Below are positions 27,051 through 34,384 of a stretch of DNA of 35,777 bases, in pieces. Numbering within the stretch: position 1 is the first letter of the stretch; each line of letters opens with the position of its first letter. Source of the DNA: an uncultured virus (IMG/VR IMGVR_UViG_3300044612_002689) (Duplodnaviria; Heunggongvirae; Uroviricota; Caudoviricetes); IMG/VR virus record IMGVR_UViG_3300044612_002689. One strand, 5' to 3'. The position numbers were made by a program, and so were the translations under genes. The notes below the pieces were generated by a model. The model was not told the DNA's origin and searched no databases. It was given only the letters and a program-made list of their open reading frames with translations.

Positions 27051-29471
27051 ATGAATCATATAGTAATTACTAGAGTCAATTTCCAGGACGATACATTATT
27101 TCAAGAATACTTTGAAATAATGAAAAAGTACTATATCCCATCGATAAATTCTCAAACAAATAAAAACTTCAAGATAGGTCTTGTGATCAATCCAAAACAC
27201 ATAGACTTAATTAAACATTTATTGGACGATAATGTTATATTTTTTTCGACATTCGAAGAGGTAAGAAATTATTGTTACACAAATAATATAGAAATTCAGA
27301 CAAGACACGATTGTGATGACTGGATGAGAGAAGATTATATTGAAACGATTCAAAACTTATACACAAAAAATAAAGACTCTTTTGACAAATTCATAATTCA
27401 TTCTAAAGTATTCAAACTTGACCACAATACTGGTGAAATCTATGAACATGGTTTGGATTATAGTAAGGGTAATTTCACTTCTATGTTTTTAACTTTGTGT
27501 CAAAAAGAAGTTACTAATTTTGTCTATGATAAAAATCATAGATTTATGAATGAGATTACACCGAACATTTTTTTATTAAAAGATCAAAATACAAGATTAG
27601 TTGTTCATGGAAAAAATTCTTATTCTAAAATAAATCCTCAAGACAAAAAAATAGATAAAATAATAGATTACGATTTAACAATCGTGACCCCGACTTTTGA
27701 TAATATTGAATATTTGTCTGATTTTTTTCTTTCCATAATTAAATCGAAAAAAAAATACAATATAGAAGTTTTAATTGGTATTGATAATTGTAAGAAAACT
27801 AAGGAGTATGTCTCAAAAAGATTTAACTCACTCAAAAACGATTTTAAATTTTACTTTTTTGATAAAAGTGTAGGACCCTATGTTATTAGAAATTCTTTAT
27901 CTAAAATTTCGAATTCCAAAAAAATATTATTTGTTGATTCTGATGATATTTTACATGAAGATCTTATTACCGATACAATCAACGCACTTGACTCTCATGA
28001 TACATTCAGATTTAAATTTTATAATTTCAAGAATAACTCAGATATAACAAATTTCAAAAAAGAAAATATTAATAATTTTTTATCTATTGGTCAATTAGGA
28101 ATAAATAAAAAAATATTATTAGATTTCAAAGGTTTCGAACCTTGGGTTTGTAGTGCAGATTCTGAGTTTAAAATGAGAGAAGAAATAAAAAAAGTTAATA
28201 CCCTTTTATCAAATAAAATTCTTTATTACCGGAGAAGACACGAAAAAAATCTAACCAAAAAAAAGGAAACCGATTTAAATTCAAGTATTAGACAAAAATA
28301 TTTCTCAATTATAAGAAAAAGACGAGAAGAAAAAATAGTTGATAAAATTACAGAAATGACCATCACAAAATTTTATCAAATTTTATCAGAAAATGAATTA
28401 ATTTTAAAAAATGAACATTGTTCTTTATACCCCTATGATCTTGAAAAACCAGAATTATCAGTAATAATACCAACTTACAATAATGTTGATTTTATTGACG
28501 ATTGTTTGTCATCTGTTGAATTTTCGTCTTTAAATCAAAATGTTGAGATATTGATCGGAATTGATGGGTGTATTAATACTCTGGAACATTTTACTAAAAG
28601 AGCAATTGGACCAAACGTAAAGATATTTTACTTTGATGAGAATAATGGACCTTATTCTATTAAAAATACCTTGGCATCAATATCAAAAAGTAACAAATTA
28701 ATTTTTTTTGATTCGGACGACTTAATGTTAAAAGATATGATTACCTACATGAATGAAAAATTAGATCATTTTGTTTGTATCAAACCAAGAATGTTAAATT
28801 TTGATAACTTAACAAACACCGAAATTAAAGGTTTAAATAACTATGGTGAGGGAGTATTTGGAATACAAAAAGATGTTTTTTTGAATATGAATGGTTTTGA
28901 ACCATGGATGTGTGCTGCTGATTCAGATTTTATGGGAAGACTGTATAAATCAAATCCAAAAATTAATTTCAGCAAAAAACCACTGTTTAAGAGAAGAATT
29001 CACTCGAATAGTTTGACTACTAATAGAGATACTGGTATGAGGTCAGTATTAAGACATCACTATTTCAAAATTATGAAATCTAAAAAAGGGTCCGGTAATC
29101 CAGAAATATTGAACACAAGAAACTATACCTATTTTGATTCTATGATTGACTATTCTTTCATTGAAAATTCTTTTTTAGAAAAAAAACAAAATGCAATTAA
29201 TAATATTAATTCTGTCATCAACAAACCTGTAAGAAAAGTGGTTGAGTCACATAGACCAGATAAGTACAACAGAGTTGCGGATAGATCAATTACAGATAGA
29301 TTACTCAATAAAAGTAGAATTGTATTACCAAACCAAACAAAAACGGATTCAATCAATCAAAACGGAGAAGTTTTAAGAAAACCATCGAACGAAATTCCAA
29401 AACCTCAAGCCAAAAATAATAAAGATTATAAATCAGCAAATTTTGTTATTGGAAATAAATTTCATAGATAA
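27051..29471 (+). CDS. Triple-domain glycosyltransferase (putative rhamnosyltransferase-like domain + two GT2 domains)
   Basis: PSINSQTNKNF...TRHDCDD, then two homologous GT2 repeats (IGID.C, GPY.I.N.L, F.DSDD, GFEPW.C.ADS.F). Confidence 0.8.
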   Translation: MNHIVITRVNFQDDTLFQEYFEIMKKYYIPSINSQTNKNFKIGLVINPKHIDLIKHLLDDNVIFFSTFEEVRNYCYTNNIEIQTRHDCDDWMREDYIETIQNLYTKNKDSFDKFIIHSKVFKLDHNTGEIYEHGLDYSKGNFTSMFLTLCQKEVTNFVYDKNHRFMNEITPNIFLLKDQNTRLVVHGKNSYSKINPQDKKIDKIIDYDLTIVTPTFDNIEYLSDFFLSIIKSKKKYNIEVLIGIDNCKKTKEYVSKRFNSLKNDFKFYFFDKSVGPYVIRNSLSKISNSKKILFVDSDDILHEDLITDTINALDSHDTFRFKFYNFKNNSDITNFKKENINNFLSIGQLGINKKILLDFKGFEPWVCSADSEFKMREEIKKVNTLLSNKILYYRRRHEKNLTKKKETDLNSSIRQKYFSIIRKRREEKIVDKITEMTITKFYQILSENELILKNEHCSLYPYDLEKPELSVIIPTYNNVDFIDDCLSSVEFSSLNQNVEILIGIDGCINTLEHFTKRAIGPNVKIFYFDENNGPYSIKNTLASISKSNKLIFFDSDDLMLKDMITYMNEKLDHFVCIKPRMLNFDNLTNTEIKGLNNYGEGVFGIQKDVFLNMNGFEPWMCAADSDFMGRLYKSNPKINFSKKPLFKRRIHSNSLTTNRDTGMRSVLRHHYFKIMKSKKGSGNPEILNTRNYTYFDSMIDYSFIENSFLEKKQNAINNINSVINKPVRKVVESHRPDKYNRVADRSITDRLLNKSRIVLPNQTKTDSINQNGEVLRKPSNEIPKPQAKNNKDYKSANFVIGNKFHR

Positions 29472-29508
29472 AGTTGATTATAAGTTTTTTTTTACTTATA
29501 ATAGTCTT

Positions 29509-29581
29509 GTCCCTATGATGTAACTGGATAACATATTTCTCTTCTAAAGAAATCATTCAGGTTCGAGCCCTGATAGGGATA
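29509..29581 (+). tRNA. tRNA-Arg(UCU)
   Basis: Acceptor GTCCCTA/TAGGGAT, D stem ATGT/ACAT, anticodon arm TTTCT-CTTCTAA-AGAAA (TCT at 29543-29545), T arm TCAGG-TTCGAGC-CCTGA. No encoded CCA. Confidence 0.93.
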
Positions 29582-29593
29582 CTAATTAAAAAT

Positions 29594-29692
29594 ATGGAAG
29601 ATATTCATCAAACAATTCACGAAGAATTTATAAATTCTGAAGATTATTTCGTTTATCTTTACGAACTTTATTTATCGGAATTAAATCAATAA
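29594..29692 (+). CDS. Possible small acidic peptide (32 aa)
   Basis: Hand translation: MEDIHQTIHEEFINSEDYFVYLYELYLSELNQ*. Confidence 0.4.
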   Translation: MEDIHQTIHEEFINSEDYFVYLYELYLSELNQ

Positions 29693-30441
29693 ACTTTGTT
29701 TAATACAAAAAATTCAGAATAGATAAAATTCGCTGAGTTTGTAGAATTGAACTGTGCCGTTATATCGAGAGTGTTTGAGGATGTTGTATCAAAAGTAGTA
29801 TTATTCAAAGTACTAAAACTACCCCCTTCTTGATTACCTGATGCGTTTTGAGTGTATGTAAAAAATCCAGAGGAGACTATTGATGCCACGCCTGTAGTTC
29901 CAGTAGATCTTATTGTAAACCCGACATTTAACATGAAATGAGAATTGGTTACTGATGGCATTGTTAATGAACCTGTGGTTCCTAATATCACACTTCCACT
30001 TTTAATTTTTATTTGTAAAGTGTCGTTGTTCTGAGACCCCATGTCACCAAAAAGTTTAATTGTGAATGAATCACCAACACTAAAAGTATTTGCAGATACT
30101 GTTAGAGAACCAATACCAGGGCCAATAATCGTTGTTTCTGAAGTAGTGCCTGATACAGTTACACTATTTCCAGTTTGTGAAAATAAACCATAAACATATG
30201 GGTATGGACTGACAGGAGAAGTTCCGCTTGTTCCGTTGGTTCCGCTTGTTCCGTTGGTTCCGCTTGTTCCGTTGGTTCCGCTTGTTCCACCAGAGATTGC
30301 AGTTGCTAATTGCTGAATTGTAGCCTTGTATGATGATCCATCACTACTCTGCGTTGTGTCTCCCGTAATTACAATATGAAATAAATCATTCAAAGTAACT
30401 CCAGTTGCTAAAGTTCGGTCTGTTAGTTTTTCTTGAGACAT
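29686..30441 (-). CDS. Putative fibre/structural protein with Gly-X-Y (GTS/GTN) repeat
   Basis: N-terminal anchor-like segment, GTSGTN repeats and a Ser/Thr-rich beta domain. Minus-strand TATTTAT at 30454-30460. Confidence 0.65.
   Translation of the reverse strand: MSQEKLTDRTLATGVTLNDLFHIVITGDTTQSSDGSSYKATIQQLATAISGGTSGTNGTSGTNGTSGTNGTSGTSPVSPYPYVYGLFSQTGNSVTVSGTTSETTIIGPGIGSLTVSANTFSVGDSFTIKLFGDMGSQNNDTLQIKIKSGSVILGTTGSLTMPSVTNSHFMLNVGFTIRSTGTTGVASIVSSGFFTYTQNASGNQEGGSFSTLNNTTFDTTSSNTLDITAQFNSTNSANFIYSEFFVLNKVY
30221..30288 (-). repeat. Perfect 18-bp tandem repeat (3.8 copies) encoding GTSGTN
   Basis: gttccgcttgttccgttg x3 plus a 14-nt partial copy on the + strand. Confidence 0.9.
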
Positions 30442-30466
30442 AATTTATATATTATAAATATAACAA

Positions 30467-30769
30467 TTATTGATCTTGAAAAATAAAAGTAATTCCATCC
30501 ATAAATAAAAAGGTAACCCCATCTTCGAATATTTTTTCATCCAGAGTACATAGAAGAATTTCAGAATGTTCGCAACCGATTGCATCAACAAATTTTAACA
30601 TTATTTGAGGTGCTGTATCAAATTGTGGGGGAAGAGTTATAATATATGGTAAAGGTGTTACAGACGTTACACTAGCAACCAATGAGCAATTGTTTCCAAA
30701 ACTATCACAAGCATAGATGAAAATGGGAAAAGTACCTCCTATTACTGAAGAAACAATAACTTGTGTCAT
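30467..30769 (-). CDS. Hypothetical, probably structural beta-rich protein
   Basis: ORF with a duplicated C-terminal FxDGxTFxF motif. Minus-strand TATTTAT at 30777-30783. Confidence 0.65.
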   Translation of the reverse strand: MTQVIVSSVIGGTFPIFIYACDSFGNNCSLVASVTSVTPLPYIITLPPQFDTAPQIMLKFVDAIGCEHSEILLCTLDEKIFEDGVTFLFMDGITFIFQDQ

Positions 30770-30789
30770 ATATTATATAAATATTAAAA

Positions 30790-30821
30790 TTTGACATTTA
30801 AGTTTGTTTTTTTTACTTTTG
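30790..30821 (+). promoter_or_regulatory. Bacteroidota primary-sigma promoter
   Basis: TTTG 30790-30793, 20-nt spacer, TACTTTTG 30814-30821. Confidence 0.7.
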
Positions 30822-30840
30822 TGAAAGTTTAGAAATATGT

Positions 30841-31395
30841 ATGAAAAAAATTTTTGAAAAAATAATAGTTTGTTTTTTGAATAAAAAAACATTAGGTGAT
30901 AAGTTAGATTTTATAGATAAAGTTTTACCTTTGGAATTTTTATTTAATGACAAGTATAGGGAGGTTTCTTTGAGAGATTTTTTGAACATAGAAAATAATC
31001 AAAACAAAAGAATTAATGGTCCAGATTCACAACTATACTCTTTAAAGAGTTCGAAGATCGAACCCAATTCTGAAAATAAATTCAGGATAACAAAATCTAA
31101 GTCATTAGGTGAGATAGGTAGGATCAATATGGACACCCCACATGATCAAAAAGACACTTATTGTGGATTATTTACGCCAAAAGGTAGATTAGTGTTTGTT
31201 ATAAAAATATTTTATGATAGTAATTTTGAAAATTTTTTCAATGTTGAACGCTCGAAAAAACAACGATTTTTCGAGGTAAACAATAGAGGAAGGGATTCTG
31301 CCAAATTAAGTTTTGCGGTGATAGAGGAGTTCGGTTTAAAATATGAAATCTTAAAAATGGATAGTTGCGTTGAGTTAGGGTTTGAACTTATTTGA
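30841..31395 (+). CDS. Hypothetical protein
   Basis: 184-aa ORF behind a host-type promoter. Confidence 0.6.
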   Translation: MKKIFEKIIVCFLNKKTLGDKLDFIDKVLPLEFLFNDKYREVSLRDFLNIENNQNKRINGPDSQLYSLKSSKIEPNSENKFRITKSKSLGEIGRINMDTPHDQKDTYCGLFTPKGRLVFVIKIFYDSNFENFFNVERSKKQRFFEVNNRGRDSAKLSFAVIEEFGLKYEILKMDSCVELGFELI

Positions 31396-31416
31396 TTTGG
31401 TGATATTTATTATAAT

Positions 31417-31959
31417 ATGAAAAAAGTAATTAGACTTTCAGAATCTCAACTTCGAAATATCGTTAAAAAGGTAATTTTAGAAATTGGTGGGTATGATGAC
31501 CCGTTTGTTATGGCTTCACACGGAAGACATGTTTTTAGTAATTCATTAGAAATGATAAGTGAATTATCTTTGATGATGGCAAAAATAATTTCCTTATTAC
31601 TGGATACAGACTTCGATAATGTGGAAAAGAAAGAGTTTTTTGAGTCGATCGCAATGAAACTAGAACGAGTAATTTTTAGGTTGGATAAAATACTAGGAGA
31701 TTTTACTGAGGATGAACTCAGAGAAAAATCCAAAGTTTTAATCAAAAAACTTGGAAAATTAAAAGATAAATTTATCATGCTGGATCAAATGGATGTTTCA
31801 GATTATGAGTCTTACAATATTGATTTTAATTATTTGGTTGAAGAAACTTCATCGATTTTAGAGTTTTTAAGTGATTTTTCCGGTTCATTAAGAAGAACGG
31901 TAGATACTTTTAGTGATAGGTTTAACCGAGACAATGACCCCAATTTCGGATTTAATTAA
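31417..31959 (+). CDS. Helical hypothetical protein with MKKVIRLSESQL tag
   Basis: Tag ends VILE|I. TATTTAT at 31404-31410. Confidence 0.75.
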   Translation: MKKVIRLSESQLRNIVKKVILEIGGYDDPFVMASHGRHVFSNSLEMISELSLMMAKIISLLLDTDFDNVEKKEFFESIAMKLERVIFRLDKILGDFTEDELREKSKVLIKKLGKLKDKFIMLDQMDVSDYESYNIDFNYLVEETSSILEFLSDFSGSLRRTVDTFSDRFNRDNDPNFGFN

Positions 31960-31990
31960 TTTGACTTTTTAATTTTTTTTACTATCTTTG
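31960..31990 (+). promoter_or_regulatory. Bacteroidota primary-sigma promoter
   Basis: TTTG 31960-31963, 19-nt spacer, TATCTTTG 31983-31990. Confidence 0.7.
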
Positions 31991-32002
31991 AATAAAAAAG
32001 TT

Positions 32003-32209
32003 ATGTTAGAAAAATTTAAAGAGTTTTTATCAATTTTTATTGGGACAATGATTGTTCTGATATCTTCATTCATGGTATCTTATTATTTCTATAATGATGT
32101 TTCTATATTATCAATGATTTTAGTGATTTTGGGAGTATTAATACTTTATCCCGCTTATGAATACTGGAGTACTGAAATTTCAAATTTTCTTAACAAAAAA
32201 AACAAATAA
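32003..32209 (+). CDS. Two-TM small membrane protein
   Basis: Start moved to ATG 32003 because the track's TTG start lies inside the -7 box. Two hydrophobic helices. Confidence 0.6.
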   Translation: MLEKFKEFLSIFIGTMIVLISSFMVSYYFYNDVSILSMILVILGVLILYPAYEYWSTEISNFLNKKNK

Positions 32210-32515
32210 ATGAAAAAGTTCTTTTGGATTCTTTTTATATCTCCCATGATTTATGGACAGGATATGTTAATGACAAATAAAACAAGATTAAATATTCCTA
32301 TCAGAAGCGCAGTTTCTGATAGTGTTGTAATCACTTATAATGATGGGTTTTATCTTCCACCCATCGGAATGGATAAAGTAAAAAATATAAAATTTTGGAA
32401 TTTACAAGTCGGGATTTATGACTTAATTGTCTACTCCCGAGGAGAGATTGTGGAAGAAAAATGTATTGAGATTATTCCGACTAGACTAAATTTAGTCACA
32501 ATTAAGAATGATTAA
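32210..32515 (+). CDS. Secreted small protein resembling a T9SS type-A C-terminal sorting domain
   Basis: Signal peptide ending YG|Q. C-terminal NLQVGIYDLIV...EKCIEII matches the LxxGxY...Kxx(I/K) pattern. Confidence 0.5.
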   Translation: MKKFFWILFISPMIYGQDMLMTNKTRLNIPIRSAVSDSVVITYNDGFYLPPIGMDKVKNIKFWNLQVGIYDLIVYSRGEIVEEKCIEIIPTRLNLVTIKND

Positions 32516-32522
32516 AAAGATT

Positions 32523-32634
32523 AATCGAATGGCGAAATGACAGTACGAAGGTACTTGATGTGGTAGACGCTATCCAGTTAAACGGAGATGCTGAGTTAAA
32601 AACAGTAGTAAAGGTTCGAACCCTTTTTCGATTA
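32523..32634 (+). tRNA. Aberrant tRNA-Leu(UAA)-like RNA with D-loop hairpin insertion
   Basis: Acceptor AATCGAA/TTCGATT, T arm AAAGG-TTCGAAC-CCTTT, Leu-type D arm GCGAAAT...TGGTAGACGC, long variable arm TGCTG/CAGTA, discriminator A, irregular anticodon stem. Confidence 0.7.
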
Positions 32635-32648
32635 CAATTTAAATTACA

Positions 32649-32882
32649 ATGTTAAAATTTTTAAATTATTTATTTGACCTGGTCATCACATTTTTATACA
32701 TAAAATGGGCAATTTACTTTGGTACTTCATTGTCCGGACTTCCATTGATTTTTATGACAGTAATTTGGTATTCTGTAATTGGTGAAAATTATTTTAATAA
32801 GTCCAAAATTTATGTTCTAAAAAGGTACAGAAGATTTATAAGTAAAAAAATTCAAAAAAAAAATAATAATGAAAATATCTGA
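32649..32882 (+). CDS. Small membrane protein
   Basis: Two hydrophobic segments and a basic tail. Confidence 0.55.
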   Translation: MLKFLNYLFDLVITFLYIKWAIYFGTSLSGLPLIFMTVIWYSVIGENYFNKSKIYVLKRYRRFISKKIQKKNNNENI

Positions 32883-32967
32883 AATTATTTCTCTCTCTAT
32901 TCCTATGGGTCTATTTGTATGGATTTTAATTTTGTTTCTAATTGACAAAAAACAAAATCATCAGTAA
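32869..32967 (+). CDS. Possible single-TM peptide (32 aa)
   Basis: Hand translation: MKISEIISLSIPMGLFVWILILFLIDKKQNHQ*. Confidence 0.4.
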   Translation: MKISEIISLSIPMGLFVWILILFLIDKKQNHQ

Positions 32968-33031
32968 GAATATATAATTTTACTTTTGTTTACATATTTA
33001 TTTAGTAAATAAACTTTTAACTAAATTAATT

Positions 33032-33205
33032 ATGAAACTTACAAAAGAACAAATATTAGGAATTGTGAGACATTCTTTAACATTTGTTGGTGGTATTTTG
33101 GTAATGAAAGGTATTGTTGACGAAAAAACATTAACTGAAATCATCGGTGGAGTAATCACATTAACAGGAACTATCTGGTCCATAATCGAAAAAAACAACT
33201 CATAA
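33032..33205 (+). CDS. Putative small two-TM phage holin (57 aa), not in ORF track
   Basis: Hand translation: MKLTKEQILGIVRHSLTFVGGILVMKGIVDEKTLTEIIGGVITLTGTIWSIIEKNNS*. The RH.LT..GG.L...G / WS pattern matches Pam3-gp28-like putative holins. TATTTAT at 32995-33001. Confidence 0.8.
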   Translation: MKLTKEQILGIVRHSLTFVGGILVMKGIVDEKTLTEIIGGVITLTGTIWSIIEKNNS

Positions 33206-33214
33206 AATTTTTTC

Positions 33215-33244
33215 ACCCCCCGGGTTTATTTCTGGGGGGTTTTT
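33215..33244 (+). terminator. Rho-independent terminator
   Basis: ACCCCCCGGG...TCTGGGGGGT stem followed by TTTT. Confidence 0.75.
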
Positions 33245-33258
33245 AAATATTACATAAC

Positions 33259-33870
33259 ATGGAGAATTTTGTAACTATTGCAGTCGCATTTATCACCGGG
33301 GTATTAGGACCAGTATTAATAATTTACATTAGAGATTTTTTAGAGAAAAGAAAAGTTAAACCAGATATGGTCATGGATACGCTTAGAGTAAGTGAATTAA
33401 TAAATCAAAAAATTGATCACATCAAAGACGAATTTAAAGCGGACCGAGTTTGGATCTCTCAATTTCATAATGGTGGTAATTTTTATCCAACAGGTAAATC
33501 GATGGCTAAATTCTCAATAATGTATGAAACAGTCGGTGCTAGTACTCAATCAGTACAATCTAATTTCAAAAATATACCGGTTCAGTTATTTTCAAGAGCA
33601 ATAAATGAACTTTATCAAAATGACATAATTCAAATTTCCGACTTCAAAGATGAAACAATTGCAACCTTCGGACTTAAATATATTGCAGAAGAATGTGGAT
33701 CTAAATCATCATATTTGTTTGCAATTAAGACTATTGAGGGACGGTTTATTGGTGTATTAGCAATTGATTTTACTCGTAGAAAAACAAATCTGGACATGGA
33801 GTCTATTAATCACCTCCAGGTTCACGCATCATCTATCGGTGGTGTTCTAATGACATATTTGGCACAATAA
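33259..33870 (+). CDS. N-terminal TM + GAF-like domain protein (T4 holin T-like architecture)
   Basis: TM helix, then ADRVWISQFHNG...FSIMYE...GRFIGVLAIDF (GAF pattern). Confidence 0.7.
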   Translation: MENFVTIAVAFITGVLGPVLIIYIRDFLEKRKVKPDMVMDTLRVSELINQKIDHIKDEFKADRVWISQFHNGGNFYPTGKSMAKFSIMYETVGASTQSVQSNFKNIPVQLFSRAINELYQNDIIQISDFKDETIATFGLKYIAEECGSKSSYLFAIKTIEGRFIGVLAIDFTRRKTNLDMESINHLQVHASSIGGVLMTYLAQ

Positions 33871-33889
33871 AAAAAATTTTATACCTTTG
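33858..33889 (+). promoter_or_regulatory. Bacteroidota primary-sigma promoter
   Basis: TTTG 33858-33861, 20-nt spacer, TACCTTTG 33882-33889, ATG 4 nt downstream. Confidence 0.7.
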
Positions 33890-33893
33890 TGGT

Positions 33894-34382
33894 ATGAATA
33901 TTTTTATTTTAGATTACAACACGAAAAAATGTGCTCAATATCATTGTGATAAGCACGTAGTAAAAATGATCCTTGAAACAGCACAACTTTTATGTGGTGT
34001 TCATCATATGACCCCCCAAGTTACCCCTCAAGTTCCCTACAAGTTATCTCACAAAAATCACCCCTGTGCGATTTGGGCTCGAGAATCACTATCTAATTAT
34101 CTTTATCTTTGTGATCTCGGATTGGAGTTGTGTAAAGAGTATACTTATCGTTACGGTAAACGACACAAGTCCCAACAAGTTATTGAGTGGTGTATGATTA
34201 ACAAACCACAAATACCGGACATTGATTTTACAACTCCTCCTAAAGCAATGCCAGATGAATACAAAGTTATCGATGTGGTAGAATCTTACAGAAATTACTA
34301 CATGGGATCGAAAAAGAATTTTGCCGTGTGGAAAAATAGAAATATACCTGAGTGGTTTTCAAAGAATGAAGTATTTATGTAA
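33894..34382 (+). CDS. Pyrimidine-dimer DNA glycosylase / endonuclease V (DenV)-family protein
   Basis: MNIFILD...HCDKHVVKMILETAQLL...HKNHPC..W...EYTYRYGKRH...AMPDEYK...YRNYY. Confidence 0.8.
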   Translation: MNIFILDYNTKKCAQYHCDKHVVKMILETAQLLCGVHHMTPQVTPQVPYKLSHKNHPCAIWARESLSNYLYLCDLGLELCKEYTYRYGKRHKSQQVIEWCMINKPQIPDIDFTTPPKAMPDEYKVIDVVESYRNYYMGSKKNFAVWKNRNIPEWFSKNEVFM

Positions 34383-34384
34383 AT

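Noticed and set aside
24569..30288. Tandem repeats as CRISPR arrays
   Set aside because: They have no spacers and are in-frame coding repeats.
32576..32583. Reading the odd tRNA as an ochre suppressor (UUA) or tRNA-Asn (GUU)
   Set aside because: Only the TAA register has the conserved U33 before the anticodon. The D arm, long variable arm and A discriminator fit Leu.
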